Virus record (IMG/VR): IMGVR_UViG_3300031088_000735
DNA from: a virus
Taxonomy: Duplodnaviria; Heunggongvirae; Uroviricota; Caudoviricetes
DNA: 43,321 nt
Reading direction: 5' to 3' (one strand)
Shown here: positions 37,533-43,321 of the stretch, piece after piece
Layout of the letters: each line of letters starts with the position of its first letter
Position numbering within the stretch: position 1 is the first letter of the stretch
Position numbers and translations under genes: made by a program
The notes under the pieces: generated by a model
Told to the model about the DNA's origin: nothing
Seen by the model: the letters and a program-made list of their open reading frames with translations, nothing else
Database searches by the model: none

Positions 37533-37556
37533 AAAAGAGGCTTCGGCCTCTTTTTT
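37533..37556. terminator. bidirectional terminator
   Basis: AAAAGAGGC-TTCG-GCCTCTTTT between convergent genes. Confidence 0.85.
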
Positions 37557-38034
37557 ATTTGAAATTTTTATAGTGTTTTTCTAATAATGTAAAATCACAT
37601 GACAATTTACAAAAATGCGGATCTTTATTCATAGTAACTGTTTTATATAGTTTATTCGCCTTATCGACTATTTCATTTTGATTTGATTTTATAAAGTCTA
37701 ATTGTTTCATTAGTATTTTTTTGTAAAAATGAGACTGTTCTGTAAATATTACAGGTTTTAAATGAGTGTTGATAATTGGAATCATGTTATTCAAATGTAT
37801 CATGCCTAATTTATTATCTTCATTTCCTTTTTCATGTAGCTTATAAATTGTTATATTGTTTTTTATACTATCTTGCTGGGGTTTATATGAAGTTAGTGGG
37901 GCAAAATAATCATGCCCGTTTATAACAAGTAATACACCGACATATGGCCTTTTTCCATTGTAGTTGTTTGGAACTTTTGTATCTATTGTTTTTAAGTAAT
38001 TTATATAATCATCGTCAACTGTATAAAATTTCAT
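37555..38034 (-). CDS. toxN: type III TA toxin, ToxN/AbiQ family endoribonuclease
   Basis: FYTVDDDYINYLKTIDTKV, RPYVGV, YFAPLTS, LNNMIPI, CDFTLLE; upstream repeat array and terminator. Confidence 0.95.
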   Translation of the reverse strand: MKFYTVDDDYINYLKTIDTKVPNNYNGKRPYVGVLLVINGHDYFAPLTSYKPQQDSIKNNITIYKLHEKGNEDNKLGMIHLNNMIPIINTHLKPVIFTEQSHFYKKILMKQLDFIKSNQNEIVDKANKLYKTVTMNKDPHFCKLSCDFTLLEKHYKNFK

Positions 38035-38054
38035 GTTATTTCCTTATAAAAGAT

Positions 38055-38079
38055 AAAAAAAAAGTGGCATAAGCCACTT
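38055..38079 (-). terminator. toxI-toxN internal terminator
   Basis: Minus strand AAGTGGC-TTAT-GCCACTT with T-run. Confidence 0.9.
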
Positions 38080-38085
38080 ATATAA

Positions 38086-38198
38086 TTTTTCAAGTTCGCA
38101 TTTGAGGTAGCGTAACACCTATTTTTCAAGTTCGCATTTGAGGCAGCGAAACACCTATTTTTCAAGTTCGCATTTACGGTAGCGTAACACCTATTTTT
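38086..38198 (-). ncRNA. toxI: ToxI antitoxin RNA, three 36-nt tandem repeats
   Basis: Units 38086-38121, 38122-38157, 38158-38193; minus-strand consensus TAGGTGTTACGCTACCTCAAATGCGAACTTGAAAAA; AGGTG/TACCT and CGC/GCG pseudoknot stems. Confidence 0.93.
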
Positions 38199-38226
38199 TA
38201 CTTTGTAGGATATTCTCCTATTTACA

Positions 38227-38255
38227 ATAATAACATGAATTTAATTTGTCGTCAA
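38227..38255 (-). promoter_or_regulatory. toxIN promoter
   Basis: Minus strand TTGACG-17-TATTAT with extended TG. Confidence 0.8.
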
Positions 38256-38338
38256 TAAAAATTTAAAATAATTATGTTATTTTTATTAAATCTTTTGATG
38301 AACCTGAAATCTAGCAGTTTTGGCCTCTTTTTTATTGT

Positions 38339-38740
38339 TTATTTCTCTGGAAATCTTTCATCAAACAGATTTTTTGAGAGATGTTTTCTATTGACTTGCC
38401 CTTTGTAAATATATTCTTTGATTGCATAACCTAACAATAGCCATCCATTTTTTGTATCTAATTCTGGAACATCTTTTTGAGTTTCTATAAATTTTAAAAA
38501 TTCTTCTTTTGTATAATTTTTTGTTTTATTCTTAATTTTGTTTAGCACATAAAAGCTTATAGAAAGTGCTACGATTATATGTAATAAAATAATAAGTGAA
38601 ATACTTCCAGATGTTATTAACAACACTTCTGGGAAATTGGGAATTATCCAGTTAGTGTTCTCTTTTGTTGTGTACACTATGCCACTACTCATAAACAACA
38701 TTAAACTCATTAAAAAGGCAATAAATAAAAATCCAAACAT
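38339..38740 (-). CDS. membrane protein with two TM segments
   Basis: AGGAG RBS before ATG 38740. Confidence 0.75.
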   Translation of the reverse strand: MFGFLFIAFLMSLMLFMSSGIVYTTKENTNWIIPNFPEVLLITSGSISLIILLHIIVALSISFYVLNKIKNKTKNYTKEEFLKFIETQKDVPELDTKNGWLLLGYAIKEYIYKGQVNRKHLSKNLFDERFPEK

Positions 38741-38890
38741 AATAAAAGCTCCTATTATTTTCAAATAATATACGTTAAAAGAAGCCAAAGTCAATTTTGC
38801 TTTTTTCGTAATATTATAACAAAAATAAAAGATTGTCTTTTCATGAGAATTTTAGTATAATACAACAAATTATTTAAGGGTGTGATGATT

Positions 38891-39589
38891 ATGCGTAGCC
38901 TTCAAGAACGTGCAATGTTGATTTTGGAAACCATTCTTGGTAAAGAAGAACTGGCAACCATGCTACTCAATGAAGATGGAGCCATTCTTCAAGGTGGTTT
39001 CTATGCCAAACCCAGTGCTTATGCTGACATGAAGAAGCTTGTTCATTTTGGTTTTACAGAAAACTCTTTGACTCACCGATATCGCCCATCTTCCATCAAT
39101 CCTGTTTTAACGGCTTTCAAAACACCGTTCGCAATGATTGAAAACGATGAAAGTAAATACCTTCGTGTTTCTGTTCACTGGGATACTAAAAGTCATGATA
39201 AAAACAATTGGTATGACGACCATAACGCACTTGTAGACACTAACAATGATATTTTGATGGCTATCTTCAAAATGTTTGAAGAAGATTCCGTCTTTGATGT
39301 GAAATATGACTTTGAAGAAATCGGTGGAGTTGCTACTCGTTACTACAAGTTTGGTTTCCGTCTGCGTGCTGGTCGAGTCAAGTATCAGTTCATTTCCGCT
39401 AACACCAATCTTGCCGATGACCCTTACTTTTGGCAAAGCTTGGCTGACTTCATTGGCTCTCGTTATGCTGTTTATGTTCCTGCTGAACTGCTTAAAGCGG
39501 ACTATGCCAACATTATTGAAGGATTGCCAGAACAAATTGCTTGGGAAGTATTTGAGGCCCGTTATGCTGATAAACGATATGGGAAATGA
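38891..39589 (+). CDS. hypothetical protein
   Basis: Long ORF with own promoter and terminator; start 38882-38891 uncertain. Confidence 0.8.
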   Translation: MRSLQERAMLILETILGKEELATMLLNEDGAILQGGFYAKPSAYADMKKLVHFGFTENSLTHRYRPSSINPVLTAFKTPFAMIENDESKYLRVSVHWDTKSHDKNNWYDDHNALVDTNNDILMAIFKMFEEDSVFDVKYDFEEIGGVATRYYKFGFRLRAGRVKYQFISANTNLADDPYFWQSLADFIGSRYAVYVPAELLKADYANIIEGLPEQIAWEVFEARYADKRYGK

Positions 39590-39627
39590 ACTCTAAAACA
39601 AGCTACACAAAAAGAGGCTTCGGCCTC

Positions 39628-40740
39628 TTATTTGTTTTTTGGTGCTATTGCAGGATATGCAACACTCTTTAATTCCAACTCAACTTTGTTTAAGTGAACA
39701 TCTATTTTTGTATTCATATTATTGCTTATAAGTAATGCTCCTATATTAATAACACCTTTTATATATTCTATACCATGAATTTTGTAATAATGTTTTTTTA
39801 TATTTTTTTGTTCTTGTATTTTTAAAGTTCTTATATTATTTAACAATTCATCTGGTATATCTTTTGGTACAAGTCTGGTGTTATATTCAAACTTTATATT
39901 TAATTTATGTAATATCTTATTTATTTCAATGTTTAACGAATCCATTGCAGTTTGTTTTTTTTCTTTTATTTTGTCGTCTTCAAGTTTTTCGTGTTCTTTT
40001 TTTATTTTTTCTTTATATAATAACAATTCTTCATTTGAATATAAATTATAATTGAAGTTGAAATTATTTATAGTTTGATAATATTTTTCCACCAAATTTA
40101 CTTTAAACTTTTCAAAAAAATCAGCATTCCCACAAATATTAGCTACTGGTATTATTCCATGACTTATAATTTCACTAAATGTATCATAACCAATTAATTT
40201 ATTAGTCCAATTTTCAAATGTTCGACTATAAAGATTTTTAATTTCTTCATTTATATCTTTATCTTTGAATTTTTTATTATCTACCATTAATAGACTTGTT
40301 TTATTTAAGCACTGTTTCATATGTTTTTTTAATGTATCATGTTCTGGCTTATATTCTTCTGTTGATGAATTAATATCAATCATACCTTTGACAAGATTTG
40401 AAATCATGTTTTCTGATGTGTTATTGAATATTATTTCATCTTCTTTTATTCCGTAGCTTATATTTAAAATACTCATTTTTTCTTCTAATTTATTTGCAAT
40501 TGACATAGAAAATGCTGGTGGGTTTGTTATGCCTGACAACTCTAAATAACTTATTTTTTTTTCAATCAGTTTTGCGATTGCCTTTTTTTCATGTGTTGCT
40601 GCATATGTTAATACTGATACCATTAGTATTTCATTTATTTTATCATTCCTAATTTTTTGTTTTTCTGCTTTAGTAAGTGTTTTTTTTGTCTTCTCTACAT
40701 ACATCAAGTCTCTTAAAAACTGCCCCAATATTTCTTTCAT
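39628..40740 (-). CDS. hypothetical Lys/Asn/Ile-rich protein
   Basis: Long ORF, AAGG RBS before ATG 40740, very AT-rich. Confidence 0.8.
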   Translation of the reverse strand: MKEILGQFLRDLMYVEKTKKTLTKAEKQKIRNDKINEILMVSVLTYAATHEKKAIAKLIEKKISYLELSGITNPPAFSMSIANKLEEKMSILNISYGIKEDEIIFNNTSENMISNLVKGMIDINSSTEEYKPEHDTLKKHMKQCLNKTSLLMVDNKKFKDKDINEEIKNLYSRTFENWTNKLIGYDTFSEIISHGIIPVANICGNADFFEKFKVNLVEKYYQTINNFNFNYNLYSNEELLLYKEKIKKEHEKLEDDKIKEKKQTAMDSLNIEINKILHKLNIKFEYNTRLVPKDIPDELLNNIRTLKIQEQKNIKKHYYKIHGIEYIKGVINIGALLISNNMNTKIDVHLNKVELELKSVAYPAIAPKNK

Positions 40741-40856
40741 TAAATAATACCTTTTTTTACATATTATATAAATAAAAAATAAAATCAAGATTGAGAAAAT
40801 AAATTGAAATATTTGTAATTTCCTGCTATAATAAAGTTACATTCAGGAGACTTGAA

Positions 40857-41558
40857 ATGACCGAATTCAAAAGCTTTGAGACATACAACGTAACCCTCTC
40901 AGAAATTGCTGCTGGCTCATTGAAGGTGCCTGTTGAACATCAGCCTGCCGTAAACAACTTTGTGCAGACTTTGCTGGCAGACATCCTGCTTATGCGTAAA
41001 GACGTGAGTGTCGAGTTTACCTTCAACTTGAACATGGGCCGTCTTTATTTTGGTCTGACCAAATCCTATCCTTTTATCCGCAACGATTTTCATGAGTTCC
41101 TTTTTGAACTTGATGGCAGTAAACCTATTGCCGAAATCATTGATGAGACTGTCGAGGAATCTGTTTACAATAAGCGTTCATTGCCTATTGAAGAATTCCA
41201 TAATATGTTTGCTAACATTAAGCTCTTTGACGATTTGTTTGGTTTCAATGGCGAGTTTTACGCTCACATGAAAAAGTCGTCCTTCTCGTATACCAACATG
41301 GGTCATAAAGACGTTTTCAATGGAATCAACCTTGTTCGAGTCTTCGGTCACAGTCCCGGCGTTTCGATCAAAATGAATGGCCTCAGTGTCAATGTCAACA
41401 ATAGCTGCTGGATCTTTGATATTGATGGCGTGAAACTCGATATCAAGAAAGAACATTTTGAAAAGGCTAATGCCAATGAGTGCATTAAAAACGCTTTGCT
41501 GGGTTTTTACAACCTTTCAAAAGGCACTAACCACACTACCCTTGAATTTTTGAAGTAA
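40857..41558 (+). CDS. hypothetical protein
   Basis: TTGAAA-17-TATAAT (40804-40832), AGGAG RBS. Confidence 0.85.
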   Translation: MTEFKSFETYNVTLSEIAAGSLKVPVEHQPAVNNFVQTLLADILLMRKDVSVEFTFNLNMGRLYFGLTKSYPFIRNDFHEFLFELDGSKPIAEIIDETVEESVYNKRSLPIEEFHNMFANIKLFDDLFGFNGEFYAHMKKSSFSYTNMGHKDVFNGINLVRVFGHSPGVSIKMNGLSVNVNNSCWIFDIDGVKLDIKKEHFEKANANECIKNALLGFYNLSKGTNHTTLEFLK

Positions 41559-41610
41559 GGATATTTTTCTATATTACAGATGTAAAAAAGAGATTCTTCG
41601 GAATCTCTTT

Positions 41611-42129
41611 TTAATCTATTGACACAAATGATCCGGCATCACCGCTGGAATAATCCCACCCATCCGTGCTGTAAAAAATAGCTTTTATGTCTAATTTCAC
41701 TGTAAGTTCATTTTTATGAAATCTTAACTTGATAAATTTACCATCCTCACTAACTTCTGGTTGGTGTGCTGTAAATAATTCCACCTTTAAATATTTCAAT
41801 ATTTCGATTAAGTCATCTCTTTTAGTTTTGTGTTTAAGCTTAGCAATAAGTTCTATTAAATCTTTGTACTCTACCACTTCACCAGTGTATATTCTTCTTG
41901 GAATGGTATGTAGATACTCTATTGTGATTTTATTTTCAATCTTATTGTTTATTTTTAAAATGCTGAATGGATATTCCACTTCGTAATCATAACTAAATGA
42001 TTTTTTAAAACCTTCAAATTTAATAGAATCATATTCACTCTCAAATGTAGTTTCAATCACACTTTTCTTGTTTGTTATATTTATCTTTTTAATTATTTCT
42101 AATGTTAATTTATTTAACTCTTCTTTCAT
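41611..42129 (-). CDS. hypothetical protein
   Basis: GGAG RBS; stop abuts a bidirectional terminator. Confidence 0.8.
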   Translation of the reverse strand: MKEELNKLTLEIIKKINITNKKSVIETTFESEYDSIKFEGFKKSFSYDYEVEYPFSILKINNKIENKITIEYLHTIPRRIYTGEVVEYKDLIELIAKLKHKTKRDDLIEILKYLKVELFTAHQPEVSEDGKFIKLRFHKNELTVKLDIKAIFYSTDGWDYSSGDAGSFVSID

Positions 42130-42261
42130 ATTTATTACTCCAAAGTTATAATATCTGTTATTTTGCTATATTTTCAATTTTAGTCAAATTAAAAGACTAA
42201 ATTGTTTGATAAAATATAAAAAATATGCTATTATTTAGAAAATTTCATTGAGGTTTTATTA

Positions 42262-42654
42262 ATGACTCAACTTAATCGCAGAGACTTTTTTAGGCTAGAT
42301 AACACTGATGGTAAAAGCTATCTCGGTTTCGTTCGTAGTGGGCTGGATCTGGTAACGCTTATTTTGCTTGATCCTGAAACCAATACGTTGAAAACTGTTA
42401 CAGGTATTTCAGCCAATGGCAACAACGTCACTAAGCTGTCGAAATCAGAAATGCCAGCTATCTTGAAAAAAGCCTATGACGAATGTTTTGTAACTGTCAA
42501 GAAAGGCTCCACAGTGACCTTTAACTTCAATGGCGAAGATTATACTGGGGTGGTTGTGAAAGGTGGTGCTAATCCCAAAGTGGAAGTGACTATCGACAAC
42601 AAATTGTGCCACACCTCTGGCCCAGCCATATTGTTTAAAGTTGTCGAAGAATAA
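42262..42654 (+). CDS. hypothetical protein
   Basis: GAGG RBS. Confidence 0.8.
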   Translation: MTQLNRRDFFRLDNTDGKSYLGFVRSGLDLVTLILLDPETNTLKTVTGISANGNNVTKLSKSEMPAILKKAYDECFVTVKKGSTVTFNFNGEDYTGVVVKGGANPKVEVTIDNKLCHTSGPAILFKVVEE

Positions 42655-42724
42655 TATCAAAAGGTCTTTTTTCTACCATTCCTCTTGATGGTGTGGTATA
42701 ATCCATTCATACATTTAAAGGGCG

Positions 42725-43321
42725 ATGATGATGACCGAAACTCAAAACATGATGGTGATGTTGACTGAAAAGTTTTTGGCTGAACATTTTCCTAATGACC
42801 CACACAAAATTCGCACAGTTGGTAGCGAGTTTGCTGTAGACGTGGGTGTCGAAGGCAATTTGAAATTATCTTTTCGCTTGTTGGGTAATACTGTCTACAA
42901 TGTCGTTATTCATCAGGATCATTTTGACGCCATCACGCCCCTTTTTGGTTTGAATGATTACAACCCAGAAGCTAGTAACATCCTCAATCATTTTCTTGAA
43001 AGCATCAACAACAATGAAGCCTTCCAACAAGTATTCAATCCTCTTCCGATGGTTGACTTCAGTAAACACCTGACGACTAGCTCTAAGTTTGATGATGACT
43101 ACAAAGATATTTATGACGCTGACAGCAAGGTTCCATTGATCACTAAAACTGGTGGTATTAAACGCCGTGGTGTGGCTCAGTTTGCTTTTCGCTTTACCAA
43201 AACCAACCGGCTGAAATGTTTACCTGCCATTGCCTTGTTCTATGGTGAAATGGCTCATTATCGAATTGGTGTGGGCTTTGATCTTGATAATCAAACGGTT
43301 CATAGCATTGCTGAAACCGTT
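42725..43321 (+). CDS. hypothetical protein, runs off window end
   Basis: Frame open from ATG 42725 to the end; promoter and AAGGG RBS upstream. Confidence 0.8.
   Translation, partial: MMMTETQNMMVMLTEKFLAEHFPNDPHKIRTVGSEFAVDVGVEGNLKLSFRLLGNTVYNVVIHQDHFDAITPLFGLNDYNPEASNILNHFLESINNNEAFQQVFNPLPMVDFSKHLTTSSKFDDDYKDIYDADSKVPLITKTGGIKRRGVAQFAFRFTKTNRLKCLPAIALFYGEMAHYRIGVGFDLDNQTVHSIAETV

Noticed and set aside
38086-38198. 36-nt repeats as a CRISPR array
   Set aside because: Repeats are contiguous with no spacers, and the context (terminator then toxN) is that of ToxI
1-43321. Stop-codon reassignment as in some large phages
   Set aside because: ORFs tile densely under code 11, TAA, TGA and TAG all end credible genes, and no suppressor tRNA is present
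1-43321. Firm assignment as jumbo phage versus megaplasmid, or to a named taxon
   Set aside because: No capsid, terminase, polymerase, Rep or conjugation genes lie in this window

Overview
AT-rich accessory region of a very large mobile replicon, either a jumbo phage or a phage-like megaplasmid. No virion, replication or conjugation genes are visible, so the element type cannot be settled from this window. A Pseudomonas-like host is inferred from a Pseudomonas-type SCP2 gene and tRNAs that read A-ending codons. Most genes are short plus-strand hypotheticals, many with their own sigma70-type extended -10 promoter and intrinsic terminator. Isolated minus-strand genes converge on bidirectional terminators. 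Recognisable content: a complete bacterial-type SRP (4.5S) RNA next to a Pth2 gene, four tRNAs (Arg-UCU, two Leu-UAA, Gly-UCC), a complete type III toxIN locus, a signal-peptide nuclease toxin with an adjacent putative immunity gene, and orphan SUKH and Imm22 immunity genes. Also present are an Acb1/T4 57B-like 2H phosphoesterase, MYG1 and DEDDh exonucleases, a DUF5565-like RNA ligase, a lipoprotein lytic transglycosylase, a GNAT, MmcQ/YjbR and SCP2. Unexplained signals include two covarying pseudoknot-like units after tRNA-Gly, six proteins sharing a C-terminal h-h-x-M-x-x-h motif, a family of exported cysteine-containing proteins beside the SRP RNA, and two truncated or degenerate ATPases. 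Family assignments are from motif recognition by eye; no searches were run.
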